This document shows, in pieces, positions 28,501-43,500 of a stretch of 64,000 bases of DNA. Origin of the DNA: an uncultured Clostridia bacterium. GTDB taxonomy: Bacteria > Bacillota > Clostridia > TANB77 > CAG-508. The translations under genes and the position numbers were made by a program. Under the pieces are notes generated by a model. It had not been told where the DNA came from and searched no databases. It saw only the letters and a program-made list of their open reading frames with translations. Position 1 is the first letter of the stretch. Every line of letters begins with the position of its first letter. The stretch lies in contig CAKPQL010000006.1 of assembly GCA_934178555.1 (NCBI GenBank), positions 6,102 to 70,101 on the forward strand, written 5' to 3'.

Positions 28501-31500
28501 TTGGAACTATATCTATAAAGTATTCTGCTGAAGCTCCTCTTTGTGGTATTACTTTTACTTTTAATGTTGTTACAGCTTCTTTATCTATTGGTATTGCTTC
28601 TGCTAATAACACTCCGTTTGATGCGTTTATTATATTTCCATCTAAATCGTATAATTCAACAGTTGCCATAGGGCTTACTGGTACTATTCTTAAATCTATT
28701 TCTTCTCTTTCTTCTGCAGTTGCATCTAATAGTATTTCATATGTATCATGATATCCAAGTACACCGTTATGCCATTCACTATATGGTGAATCCATTGGTG
28801 TAATACCATCATTATAGTTATCTGTTGTTATTGACTCTAGAGTATTTTCTGTTGATACTCTATTTACATATAAGTAGTATACTCCCTCAATTTCTTCACC
28901 TGTTGCACTTTGACTTGCTGGTATATCTACCCTTAACTCAATTTTAACTTTTCCATTTACTAATGTATATTTATCAATATGTTCTATTATTTCTTCTACT
29001 TTTTGCCATTTGAATGATTGTCCATTTATAGAAACATTTGCAAATTCATAATTTGGAATCATTTTTACATCAATTTGTTCTACTGTATCTGAAATTTCAT
29101 ATTCATAATATGTTTCTTGCTCTGTTACAATTGGTTCTAGTCCATTTCCATCAACATATAACTCTTTAATTGATGCATCAGCTGATTTCCTAATGAACCA
29201 TACTCTGTAATCTTTTGCAGTTATACCATCTTCTGATACTACTCTTACTTTTAACTCTGTTAATGTTTCTGTTATTGCCACAGTTTTTTCTACTTGACCA
29301 ACTCCTGCAACATTTACATAGTCTCCATCTAAATAGATTTTTGAATATTCACTTTCTGTAATTATCTTTGTTAATACTTCATTAACACTTTCATCTATAT
29401 ATTTAGTATATATTGTTCCGTCTTTTTCTGTCTTTCCTACAAAGTCATAATGTGTAATTTGATCATCTACAGGTATTTCATCATTATTTCCAATAACCTT
29501 AGAAATCTCTGCCGAATCATCTTGTTTTGTTATTGTTAATGTATATTCCTCAGCTGGTACTTGTAAATCTTCTGATTGTACTTTTACTTTAATTACAAAT
29601 GTTCTACCAACTGATGTATTTAACATAGCAACTTTTGAATATGGATACACATATGGTTTATATTTTGTAGTTATAATTGTTTGACCATATAATTCATTTC
29701 CTGTCTTGATGCTATTTCCAGCTTTATCCAATATATCAACAAGTTCTAGATTTATTACAGCATAACTATTTGTTGCCCATAATGTCAATTTTGTTGTATC
29801 TTGATCCATTCTTATATTGCATGAATAATTATTTGGATTTGTTGGATCTGCTACAATATTTTGAGATCTATCATAGAATTTCTTTCCTGTCTCATATTCT
29901 TTTCCGTCATTATCTATTTTAATTTCTGGATATTCTCTTTCTATTGTAACACTACTAATTGAATCATCTGAATACATTCTTCTTACAATAATATATCTTT
30001 CTACTGTTGGTGCATCTTCAAATTCTGGTATTATTTCAACTTTTATTGTAGCTACACTATTCTCATTTGGTAATGATATATCAAATGGTAATGTCTTTGC
30101 TTGTCCATTTACTGTAATTACCTTTGTTGCACTAGCACATTCTAAGTTAATTTCATCAATTCTAACTGTATCTAATTGTGATGTTACATTTATTCGTTTT
30201 TCATATCGTTCTGTATCTGAATTCCAACTAAATGTTCCATCTGTTTCAACTTTATAATCTGCACTATCTTTATTTATTACTATGCTTGTTATATTTGTGC
30301 TTGTATGTTGTCTTGTTATTTGTACTGTATATTCTTTTGCTTCAATACTTGTATCCTCTGGAACAAGTGATATTTTAGCAATAATTACTTTATCATCTGT
30401 ATAATCTAAAGCAGATATTATATTGTTTAATGTAAATATTATTTCTTTTTCATCTGAACTTGATTTGCTTGTTCCAAGCAATGTTGTTACATCTGTTCCA
30501 TTTACATTAACTGATATTGTTGTATTTGCTTTACTTAATTTATTTTCACCAGTTATTATTATTGGTAAAGTATTTTTATCTGCATTTACATTTACTTTAT
30601 AAATTCCATCTGTATTATCTAATGTAGCCAATTTTCCATCTACTACTATACTACTTAAGTTAGTGTTTCTTGCTTTTTTGTATAAAGTTATAACATATGG
30701 TTTATTTTCATTTGTTGCTCCTGATTCTGCTTTTGTTATTACCTTAAAGTAAACCTCTTCTCCTTCTGGCATTGTAAATGTTGAATCTATTGTATAATTT
30801 TCAAGCACCTTTGCATTATTGTATGGATCAGCCTTATCTATTCTTGAAATTTCTACATCCATTTTTGTTGTATCTGCAGGTAGTATATCTCCTAATGAGA
30901 TTTCAGACCAATTACTTGGAATATACACTGTATCACAACCATACCAATAATCATAACCATCTTGATATTTATTTCCATAATACCATTTATAATAGATATG
31001 TGTTTTTTCTTTAAAAGTCTCTGTATGAGTACTATTATCTTTTAATACTATTTCTCCTGTTTCACCACTTACTGCTGGTTTTACTTTTATTTGTTCCAAT
31101 ATAGTACTATTATATTGTCTTGTAATTATTAACTTATATGTTTTTGAAGGTATATCAGTATCTTGTGGTATTACTGTTATTAATACTTCTACTTCTTTTT
31201 CAGTTATACTACTTAAATCATATGTTCCTACTTCTTCATAAGTTTTATTATTAGGAGTTGTTGTGTAATTTGCATCTGTAATAGAAACTGTTGCAAATAC
31301 ATTTGCAGATATTGCTCTTATTACAGCTGAAGTATCTGTATCGTTTACATTTGCTTTAAATATTGCTTCTATTCCAGCTTCTGTTGAAGCCTCTTTTGTT
31401 GCATCTACTCCTTTTACATATACATTGCTTAAGCTTGCATTTGTAGCCATTCTTATTACATTTATCTTATATTCTTTTGTTGCTCCAGATTCTGCAGTTA

Positions 31501-34500
31501 CTGTAATTATTACTTCTTTTATAGCTCCATCTCCTGTAGTTGCTTCTGCTAAGTCTACACTAAATCCATCATCTGTTTGAGTAACAACTGTATTGTCAAC
31601 TTTTATTTCAACTGTTGCTCTATCACAACTTGCTACAATTTTTGCAAAATCTACTTTTTCTACTGATGATTTTGCTATAACTTCTCCATCTGGATTAAAT
31701 ACTATTGTTCCTGTTTGATCAGTTGATGTTGAAGTTTCTGTATATGAGTATGAAACATCTTCTACTCCTAATTCTATGTGTCTTCTTGTTAATTTTAATT
31801 TATGTGTTTTTACAACACTTGTATCTTCTGCAGCAACATTAAATTCTACATAAATGTATCTATTTTCATCGTTGCTTGCATCTTCTGTTGGATCATCTGC
31901 ATATAAATCTGCTAATCCAGATATTGCAAATGAATTGTTTACTACAGAACTTATAGTTACACTACTTAAATCTCCATCAACTACTTTATATGCTCTTGGT
32001 GTTCCTACTACTTTTCCTAAAGTATCTGCTGGTGATACTAGTATGTCTGTGTCTTCATTTACATTAATTTCTGCAGTATATAGATTTGTTTCTGAATCAT
32101 AAATAGCATTTTTAGTTCTAGTTCCAGCTTTTACTGTTATTGCATTTATATCAGCATTAGCTGATTGTCTTCTTACCTTTAATGTATATGCCTTTTCATT
32201 TCCATATTCAGCTTTTACAACTATATTAAATGTTTTTTCTGTTCCTTCTGAAATTGTATATAATTTCGTTGCATCTAATTCTTCTTTTTGTACACTACCT
32301 GTTTCATCTGTATATCGTACATATACTTTAGCATTTCCACATATAGTTTCTGCTGAAATTATGTTTATTCCTTCTACACTTGAAGGTATTGTTTTGCTTA
32401 TTACATCTGTGTTTGCAAAGCTTATTTGTTGTTTAGTTGTTCCATATGTATATTCAACTTTTCCTAAGCCTACTTCTGTATGTTTTCTATTTAATCTAAT
32501 AATATAATCAGCTCTATTACCATCTTCTGCTCTTACAGTAACTTTTACATTTATTGTTTTTCCTGTTGTATCTGTATCTTCTACTTTGTTATGTGAAGCT
32601 TCACTAATGCCTGATATTGTAAATTCATTGTCTACTATACTACTTACTGTTGCACTTGTTAAATCTCCTTCTGATACAAGATATGCTTTTGCAGCTACCA
32701 CTCTAGCATTGCTATCTCTTAATACAACTTTTACTTTTGGATCACTTCCACTTTCTATATCTAATACATAAGCTCCTAATGTTGTATCTAGTATATTTGT
32801 TTTATTCTTGTCTGCTTGAACTTCTTTTATTGATGTATCTGTTGTTCTCTTTCTAATGTTTATAGTAAACTCTTGATTAACATTTCTTAATGAAACTATA
32901 AATTTTACTTTTGTAATTCCGCTATTTGCTACATTTACTGTTAACTTTCTATCAGTTAATACATTTCCCAATTCATCTTTTACTATAACTTCATCATCAA
33001 GTTCACAAAGTATATCTGTTAATTCTATTACTGAAGTATTATTTGGAACTTTTATTATATCCCTTGTTTCAAATGTATTGCTTGATTTAGCTTCAAAGTC
33101 TGATGCTGTTAATTGTGCATCTGTTTTAACATTTCCTGACAAATCTAATCCATTTATTGATATTAGATAAGGTTTCTCGCCTAATACATAAAGTGTATAT
33201 TCTGTTGCTCCTAAAGCTCTATCTTCTGGTGTTACTTCAATTTTTATAACAATTTCTTGTATATCACTTCCTGATATACCTACTTGATTTAATGCCTGAC
33301 TTAATTGATTTAATAAATCTTTTGTTATATCTTTTAATCCATTATCTCTTATATTTTCATCTACACCTTTACCTGTAACTGTTACATCTGTTCCATTTAA
33401 AGATTTGATGTATACATTTACTAAAGCATTTTCTTCTATATCTTTTATACTTAAATCAAGTTTATTTATAGGTAATGCTAATGTATCAGTATATGTAGTT
33501 TTTGTATCTAATCTTGGTTCATATCCGTTTAATTTTATTGTTCCAATATATTTATTATTAGATTTCTTAGTAACTTTTAATCTATATTCAACACTCTTTC
33601 CTATCTCTGGAATTACTGTAATTAATTCTTCTATAGTTGCTTTATCTTTTGCTGCAAATGGTATTTCCTTAGGATTTGCTGTAGAATATAGGCTTCCTTT
33701 TTCACTCTCTAATCCGTTTTCTATTGTTGCGTATTCGTTTTCTGTTTTTATGTTGTTTATTACTAATTTATCTTGTGTAGATGGAACCTTATATTCATAT
33801 GTATATACAATTTTTCCATCTATTGTTTCTGGACCTACGAAATCTTTTGATGAAGTAATTGTTTTTGTAGTTCCATCTTCATTTAAAACTTCAATAGCTA
33901 TATTTGTATTTGACATTAATCTTGTAATTGTTAATTCATATTTAGCCATATATTCATCATCTGTTTTATTAGTATAGTATTCTGGATATAATTTATATCC
34001 TTTAGATGTTACTGTTGTTTCTACTACAATTGTCCTTACCTCGTCTGCACTTATAGTTTTATCTACTCCATTTTCATCTGTATATGTATAATTTTGTGTA
34101 AGTGATATATTTAATGAATTTTCATTCATTTCAGATGTTGCTGTTGCAATATTTTCTTTTACAGTAAATCCGTTTACTTTTGTTACTTTTATGCCTACTA
34201 CACCTTCACTCTTTGAAGTTACCTTTACATCTTTTACTGTTTCAGTTATTTCTGATTTGTAATCTGGTTTGCTTATATCAACTGTAACACTATCTGTTAC
34301 ATTGTATAAACTCATATCTTTCAAGTCTACATTATCCGTAGTTTTCTTTATTGTCAAATTGTATATTTTTTCATCTTTACCATTTTCTGCTGTAACTTTA
34401 ATGTAAACATGTTTTACTGTACTTCTTAATCCTTGCTCTACTAAATCTGAAGATTTAATTCCATTTAATTCTTTTAAATCACCTGTAATATAATCGCTAT

Positions 34501-37500
34501 ATGTTTTTCCTTCTGTTGATTTTATTATATTTGTCCACTCTACTTTTGCACGACTATCTTCTACTACTAAATCAGAAAGTTTTAAGTCTGTTAATTCTTT
34601 TGGAACTATTATATCAATATCATATGTTCCTGAAACTGCATTATATGTAACTTCTCCAAAATCATCTAATCCCTTTATTACTCTTTCATCTACTGTTACT
34701 GTTAAATCTTTTAAGTTTGCATTACTACTTATTTTTCTTAAGTATAAGTCATATCTTTGAGTTTTTCCTCCATATTCTGCAGTTACTTCAATTACAAATC
34801 TTTGTGTTGTTTCATCTAAAATTACTTGTGGATTACTTGTAATTTCAGTTTCTTTAGTTAAATCTATACTATTTATTACAGCACTCATATTTTCATCAGA
34901 TATTTTATATATCTTGTATGTAGCATTTCTTGCACATTTTGGAATAATTCTATATACATTATCTGTTGAATCTGTAGCAATTTCACGTGTATATGCTGTT
35001 GATGTTGATGTAATATATTCTGCAACTTCTTCTGTATTTGTAGTTGTTCCTTTTAATGTTACTGTCTCTAATATAGCTTCATTGCTTCCTTTTTCTATCT
35101 TTAGTATTAGAGTTTCTATTGCTCCATTTTTATCTGTGAAAGTTATTACTACATTATTTGTAATATCTGCTACTAATTCAATATCAGTAAGTATCTTTTC
35201 AGAACTTGAAGTTATTTGGTCTGTATATTTCTTTTCTATGCTATTTCCGTCTTCATCAAGCATTCCCTCATTTACAGCAATGTCTAATGAAACTGGTACA
35301 TATTCTGAATTTACTGTTAATCCAATTCTTGCTTTTGTAGCTGTTGGATCTACTGTTAATGTAGCTTCTCCTTTCTTTATTTGCTCGCTTGTTAATGACT
35401 TTTTGTCTAATGCAGTATTATTTGCATTTACTCCTGTTACAGTTGCCGCATTTAACATTTGATGCTTAGAATTTATTTTTATTGTATATACTCTTGTTTG
35501 TCCATCTTCTGATGTTACTTTTACAACAACTTCTCTACTTATATCTGATGATAATTCCAAGTTATTTGCTACATATACTCTATTTGCTTCATCTATTGAA
35601 CCTGTATTATCTTTAGATATTGCCATTTTTACTACTGCTTTTGAATCCTCAGGTGTTATTACTAATTTCAAAATACCTAAATTATTTGTAACACTTGTAC
35701 TATATACATAATCTGATTCTTTTGTAAATCTTGCATCTTCTACTACCACGGTTGTTACAGTGTTTCCTGTTGATGAATCTATTGTTTCTGAATGTAATTC
35801 TTTTGTGATATTAGCATTTGAAGATAATTTCTTTATATCTAATGTATAATCTTTACTTAATGTTTTGTCTTCAGATGTAACATTGATTCTTAAACTATCT
35901 TTAGTAGATATATCAATAGCTGTTCCATTATCAACTCCATCAACTGTTACTGTAGCTCCATTATTTTCTGTTTCTACATTAATTGTTGGGTTAGTTATAC
36001 TATCAGATATTTCTAATATCCACTTGCTATCATCACTTGTGTCTTTGCTTGCGTACGTTACTTTTGAACCTTCTGTAGCATTTATTGATAATATGTTTAT
36101 ATTATTTGATAGTCTCTTTACTGTTAATTCTTTCATAACAGTATTTGTTCCATCTTCTGATGTTACTTTTACATATAATGTTTTTGTATCTCCTACAGCT
36201 ATTGGCATTTTTTCAGAAATACTTCCTTTTCCAGAAGCCAATATTGTAGCACTTGGATTTGTTACTGGGTTGTCTAAGTATACCTCTACTGTAGCTGTAT
36301 CGCTTTCTGCTTTTACTGTCAACAATCCATTATCTAATGCTTTTAATTCTTCATTCATAACATCTTCGATATTTAAGTTTCTTCCATCAATATTTATGCT
36401 ATCTAAGTTTGCATTATCATCCATTTCCATTATTACTATTGTAAATGTTTCAGTTGGTGCTTTATCATATTCTGCTTTTACTACTACTGTTATTGTTTTT
36501 CCTATAATTTCTTTTTGTACATCATATATATATTTGCCGTCTGCTCCACTGTTTAGAACTAATAGTGTTGATATATCTTCTACACCATCTATTGTTATTG
36601 ATTCTATTTCAGAATAACTATCAACTAAATCTATACCTAATTTGTAAGCATCTTTATCTTTTAATACTTTTGCTATATATGAATTTGTTCCTAATTGTTG
36701 TTCTGCAACTTCAATTCTTGGTGTTGAATCTGTTGGGCTTTCTGTATAAACTTTGTCTATCTTTGCATTTTCAGATTCTTTATAAATATATATGTTATAT
36801 TCCTGTGTATCACCATTTTGTGCTTTTACAATTATTTTCTTTAAGTATTTATTTTCTGTTTTCTCTTCTAATGTTACTGTAAGAACTTGACCTGGTTCTC
36901 TGTATGTTGATCCATTGTTTACAGAAACTTTAGCTTTTGAACTATTTGTTACTGGTTTAATTCCAACTGTATCTAATTCTACATTAGGATCATGTATAAC
37001 TATTTCATATGCATAAGCTTCGTCTGGTGCTAATCTTGATTTTATTGGTGTTATTTCATTTGGTCCAATATTTGTTAATTCTATATAATCAATTTCATTA
37101 TTTGATGATATTGATTCAATCTTTAATACGTATCTTTCTGTATATTCTAATGATGTTACTACATCTACAGCTGTAATTTCTATTTCTACGTCTGCAGTTT
37201 TAGTTTCATCACTTGATAAAGCATTTGTTATTACTAATTTTGAATTACTAATACTTGATGTTTTATCAACACCGTTTACAGTTATTGCTTTTATATTTTT
37301 ATTTCTTAAATCAATTGTAATATTTGCAGGATTGTTAACATCTTCAATCTTTGCATTAAATTCCTCTAAGTGTATTCCATCAGTACCTTCTGATCTGTCT
37401 GCAAGTTTTTCTGATGGCACTTCTGTAGTATCTATTACATATATTGATTCAATAGAAGACTTCAATATTCTTATTGTATATTGTTTTTCTACTTTATTAT

Positions 37501-40500
37501 CTGCACTTAATATTTTTACTGTAAATTCGTTTTCAATATTTAATACATCTACTTCTTTCTTCAAAAGTGCATTAGGTTCTGTAACTTCTAATACATTACC
37601 ATTGTTGTCTTCTAGTTGTATTTTACTTTCTTTATCTTGTATATATATTTCTATATTAGCTTTTAAATCACTTGGATTTATAAACTTAGTATATACTTTT
37701 TCTACTTTTGTTGTTACTTTATTTACTTTTTCTACTGGTAATAATATTTCGTCATTTACCTTTACAACTGCTTCTTTGTATACTAACAATGTAAATTTAT
37801 ATGTTTGACTTCCATCAGCAGTTGTTAATATTAATTCTAATTCTTGAACAGGTTTTGTTAAGTCTAATCCATTAATTTGCCAATTATTTGTATCACTAAT
37901 TCTTGTAGCTGTTAATTTTGCACCTGTTGCTTTATCTATTACCTCTAAATTATCATCATATGTTAATGATATATTTAATGTTCCTGATACTGCTGAACCT
38001 TCTGTATCTATTAAGAATTTATCATCTCCATCAACACTTGATTCAAATTTTGATGCTCCATCATCTATGAAGATATCATCTATTCTTAATAAATCTTCTC
38101 TAACTATGTATATAGTTAATTCTTTTACATCTTTTGTTATTTTATTTGTAATTTTTAATGTAGTAGTTCCTAATTCTTTTGTTGTTACTTTTAATTTATT
38201 TGCATCTGTTATTTCTGCTTTTGTAGTATCTGTTATTTCAAAGTCATAATCTTTTAAGTCTATTGTTTTATTACCAAACACATTAAATTCATTTTCTTTT
38301 TCAATTAGTACCGCTACTGTTTTTGGATTATTTTCTGCTTCTAGTTGTAAACTTTCTTCTCCAACTAATATATCCCATTCTGTTGATACTCTTACTTTTT
38401 CTGGATCTAATTTTACTGCACTATCTCCAACTTTTGTATATATTTTACTTAATGTTTGTGTTGTAGATTCTGCATTTCCACTTGTTCCGTTTCCTAATTC
38501 GCCAGAAGTATTTAATCCTGCTGCAAATACCTCACCATTTGTATTAATGTAATATGTATTATTATATCCTGCTCCTATTGTAAATACTTCCTCTGCATTT
38601 GTTTCTCTTATAGAGCTACTTGATGCATAATTTCCATCTGTTCCCATTTGTCCATATTTGTTATTTCCAAATGTATATAATTTCTTATCTTTTGATAAAC
38701 ACATATATGTATCTTCATTTGCTGATATATCTACCATTACTTTATCTGATGATTTTACTAATGTTACTAATGTTTCATTATTTACTACATATATTTTTCC
38801 ATCATTTGTTAACACTAATGTTGACTCTGTTCCTGTTGCAACTTTAACTGCTCCAGTTATTCCAGGAATTTTATATGCTCCTCCATTTTTCAATATATAT
38901 GCATTTCCATTTGTATCTACTATAGCACTATAATTTCCACCTGCAGATACTGATATTACTCTACTTGTTACTGGTCTTATAGTTTTTGGAGTTAATTGAC
39001 TTGTTACTGTAGTTGAATCTAATCCTAATTGTCCATTTGAATTATCTCCCCATACATATACTGCACCTAAACTATCTAATGCTATTGTATGTTTATTTCC
39101 TGCATCAATTTGAACAACATCTTTGATTTGATTTCTATTTAATCTAGTTATTTGATCTACTTTATCTATTTCTCCTAATCCTAATTGTCCATTACCATTA
39201 TTTCCCCATGCCCATACAGTTCCATCATTTCCTATTGCTACTACAAAATCCTCTCCTGCTTTAACACTATTAAATGATACACTGTCGTTTATAATTGTTG
39301 GAAGAAGTTTGTTTGTAACATTTTCTTTATTGCCAAATAGATATGCTGTTCCATTTTTGTCTGTTACAACCGCAAATTTATTTCCACCTTCTATTGTAGG
39401 TGCTTGTATTGTTCCTACTGGTATTACTTTTACTATTACAACATTTACTTTTCCTAATTCATCTGTAACCTTTACAGTTGTAGTTCCTATATCTGTACCT
39501 GTAATTATTCCATCTTCGCTTATTGTAGCAATTTCTGTATTTGTAGATTCATATGTGAATGTAGAATTATCTTTACGTAATACATTTAATTTATATCTTC
39601 CATTTGCATTTACTTTATATGTTGAACCAACATTAATTACTACTTCTTGTTCATCTAAATATGATGTATTATCTGAAATCATAACTGGTTCATAGCTATT
39701 AGTTAAACTTACTTTTTCTAGATTTCCATGATTATAATCACCAAATCCATAAACTGTTCCATCTTTAGCAATCATTGTGCTATATGTTGTTCCTGCATTT
39801 GAACTCATAACATAATTTCCTAATTTTGAAACTTTTACATAGCTATTTGATTTTTCGATATTTTGTCCTATTCCTAATTGTCCATATTTATTAGAACCAG
39901 CAACATATAATGATCCATTGCTTGTTACTATATGTGTATGTGTATCTCCAGCTGATACGCTTTCAACTTTTTCTGTTATAGAAGTTACTTGTGAAGGGGT
40001 ATATACTACTTTATCTTCTATTCCTAATCCTAATTGTCCATCTTCATTATTTCCCCATACCCATAGTTTTCCATTTGTGTCTATTGCCATACTTGTTCTA
40101 TTTCCAGCTTCTATATATTCTATTTGTGCATTAATATCAACTTTTGCAAACATAGATCTATTTAGAATATCTTTTTCACCTAATTGTCCACTTGCATTTC
40201 TACCTGTTGTATATACTGTTCCATCAGAAGTTAATACCATTGCATGGTCAACTCCAGCAGCAACATCTATTGCCTTTGAAATATTATCTATTGATTTTGG
40301 TATATTTATATCTGATGTAGATCCAATTCCTAAAGAACCTGCAATATTTCTACCCCAAGAATATACATATCCGTTTGTATCTAATGCAATAACTTGGTTT
40401 GCACCTGCTACTACTTTTATTATGTTATTTAATCTGCTAACTTTTGTTGGTGTTGCATGTACATTTGAGTCTGAAACTCCTAATCCTAATTGTCCATTTT

Positions 40501-43500
40501 TATTGTATCCCCATGTATATACATCACCATTTACATCTAATGCAACGCTAAATGTGTCTCCAGCTGCTACTGCAATTATTGATGGTGTTCCATCTGGGAA
40601 TTCAACAGGTGTTACTTTATCTGAATATTTTATAATATTTCCAAAACTATCTTTAGCAGCTGTTTGTCCCCAAGTATTATCTCCATATGCCCAAACAGTT
40701 CCATCAGATTTTAATATTAATGTATGTGATTTACCACTTACTGTCATTGGTTGTATTATTCTATCTGCTGGTACACTAATATCATTTGCAAGCTCTGCTT
40801 CTTTTGGTAAAACAGTTACTTGTACTATACTTTCAAATTCTTTATTATCTTTTCCTTTTGCTTTTGCTATAACGCTTGTTACTCCTGAATTTACTGGACT
40901 TAATTTTATTGTTTCTTCATCTAATCTAGAAGCTGTAGCAACTCCTATATCTGTAGCTTCTGCTGTTGTTACATTTATAGATTGATCATATATTAAATTT
41001 AATTGACTATTATATGCATTTATTTCTACAGATACTCCATCTTCTTGTAGCGTTACATGATTTTTATCTAAATGTATTCCTTCTGTTCCAACTCTTACTG
41101 CTTCAGAATTGCTTATAGTTAAATCATTTCCTAATTGTCCTCTTGTTCCATTTCCCCAAGCATATGCAAATCCTGTTTCATCTACAACTACTGTATATCC
41201 ATTTCCTCCTGAGATTAATATTGCTTTTCCTATTCTTGAATCATCTTTAACAGGATATGCACGAGGAACATTTAATCCTATTTGTGAAACTTCGTTTCTT
41301 AATTCACCATATGCATTATTTCCCCATGTATATATTGTTCCATTTCTATCAATTGCCATAGTATGATTGTTTCCAACATATACATCTTTAATATTTGCTA
41401 ATTCTGTATTTGCTTTATTTTTTACTTGTACTGCTGTATATTTATTTCCTGTTGTACTACTTGAATTAACTGTTGTGTCATTTCCTAATTGTCCTTTTGT
41501 TCCATTTCCTATAGTAAATACATTTCCATCATCTGTTAAGAAAGCTGTGTGTGTATTTCCTATTGTTGCTGTTTTTGTTACTTTTATTACTTTTCCTGTA
41601 ATTCCCTCTATTTTGGTTCCTGTCTCTAAACTATAAGCTCTTAATTGTAAACTAAATACTTCTCCATCTTTTGTTAATACATATTCATTTGTTATATCTA
41701 TTGCATTACGCATATATGAATCTATATTAACACTACCTATTTTACTAATTCTAGTAGGAACTGTTGAATTTATTGGCATATGACATCTTCCATCAATGTG
41801 ATCATGTATATAACCAAATCCCCATAATCTTCCATATTTATCTAATGCTAAACTATAGCTATCTCCTACTGCTATTTTTACTATATCTTTTAGTCCTGCA
41901 ACTTTTTGTGGTAACTCTCCGTAATATGATGTTGGTGTTGCATATCCTAATTGTCCATTATAATTATATCCAAAACTATATACTTCCCCAGAAGTTGTTA
42001 ATAATAATGTATGATTTTTAGATGTTGCAATATCTGTTACTACAATTGTATTTCCACCACTATCTTTTAAATCTTCTAATTTGTAAGTATTTTCGCTACT
42101 ATCCCATGCATATAACTTGCTGTCTGTATCATTTTTAATTTTTAATATTCCTGATAAATCTGTATAATTATTTCCTGATTTATAGTATTCATTTCCGTTT
42201 GTATCTACATATATTTGTTTATCATTACTATCTGTTACTTTGTCTCCATTTTCATCTATTTTTTCTTTTGGTTCTGCTACTTCTATTTTCTTTGCAATTC
42301 TCAATTGTTTTGGTTCTTTTATAGTAGCTCCATTTAATACTCCTAATTGTTTATATGAGTTATCTCCCCATACCCAAACTGTTCCATCTGCCTTTAATGC
42401 TACTGTATGGTTTTCTGTAGATTCTATTTTTGGTGCAACTAAAGTATCTTCAACTATTACATCTATATACAATTTTGCTGTTTTTCCTGTATCTTTATCT
42501 GTTGCAATAACTGTAGCTTCTCCTATATCGCTTCCTGCAGTTATTGTAGTTGTATTTTTAGTTGTATTTGATAATGATACCAAATAACTATTAAATACAT
42601 CAAAATCGTATTCACTTTCTATACCACTTGCTACATTTGATAGTTTTAAATTAAATGCATCTAATGAAGTTGCTTTTACATTTATTGATTTTCCTTTTTC
42701 TAATGTTATTTTAGTTATCTCTTTTCCTGTTTCATCAATAAATCCGGCAAAACTTTCTCCAATTAAAGTTGGTACATAATAATATGATGTAGTATCTCCA
42801 TTACCTAATAAACTATTGTTTCCATTTGTACCAAATCCATATACAGAACCTGTATTTATTTCAACAAGTGCACGACGGTTAGATGTTGAATATTTTGATG
42901 CTGAAATTATTTCCACATTTGATAATGAATCTATCTTTGTTGGTGCATTTGCTGTAGTTACTGATGTTCCTAAACCTAATGCTCCTGAAATAGAACTATA
43001 GTTACCCCAAGAGTATATATCTCCATTATCAGCAACTGCATATGCAACATTTACACCAGCTTCTATATCTACTATTCTTATACCAGCTTCAAATGTTACT
43101 TTTCTAGGTGTATAAGTATCTGATGTTAATACTCTATCATAAGTATGTCTTACCCATGTATATACATTTCCTTCTGCATCTAATGCCATATAATATCCAT
43201 AAGATGAACTATTTGAATATGATGAACTAGATATTTGTACAATATTCTCTAATCCTTCTTTAAAACTTAATGTTCTTGTATTTGTATATTCCCATACTCT
43301 TCCATCTTCTGTTAATATTAATTTTCCAGAAATATCTTTTACTTTTAATCCATATGTATTTACTTTTGTAGCATATCTATTTGAACCTTCGCCCCAAGCA
43401 TACATATCTCCATTTTCATCTAAAGCTAAACTTGTGTAATTTTGTGCAACTATTTTTACTATTCCATCTAAGTTTTCATATGTAACATTTCCTGTAGAAT

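Noticed and set aside
39918-40985. Long plus-strand ORFs inside the giant genes (for example 39918-40985 355 aa, 35865-36617 250 aa, 33405-33977 190 aa, 34914-35462, 55884-56402, 61164-61583, 62046-62456)
   Set aside because: All lie antisense to strongly supported minus-strand CDS. They lack an RBS and translate to low-complexity Ser/Phe/Val/Ile-rich strings, as expected from the reverse complement of Thr/Asn/Glu/Lys-rich repeats. They are by-products of codon bias.
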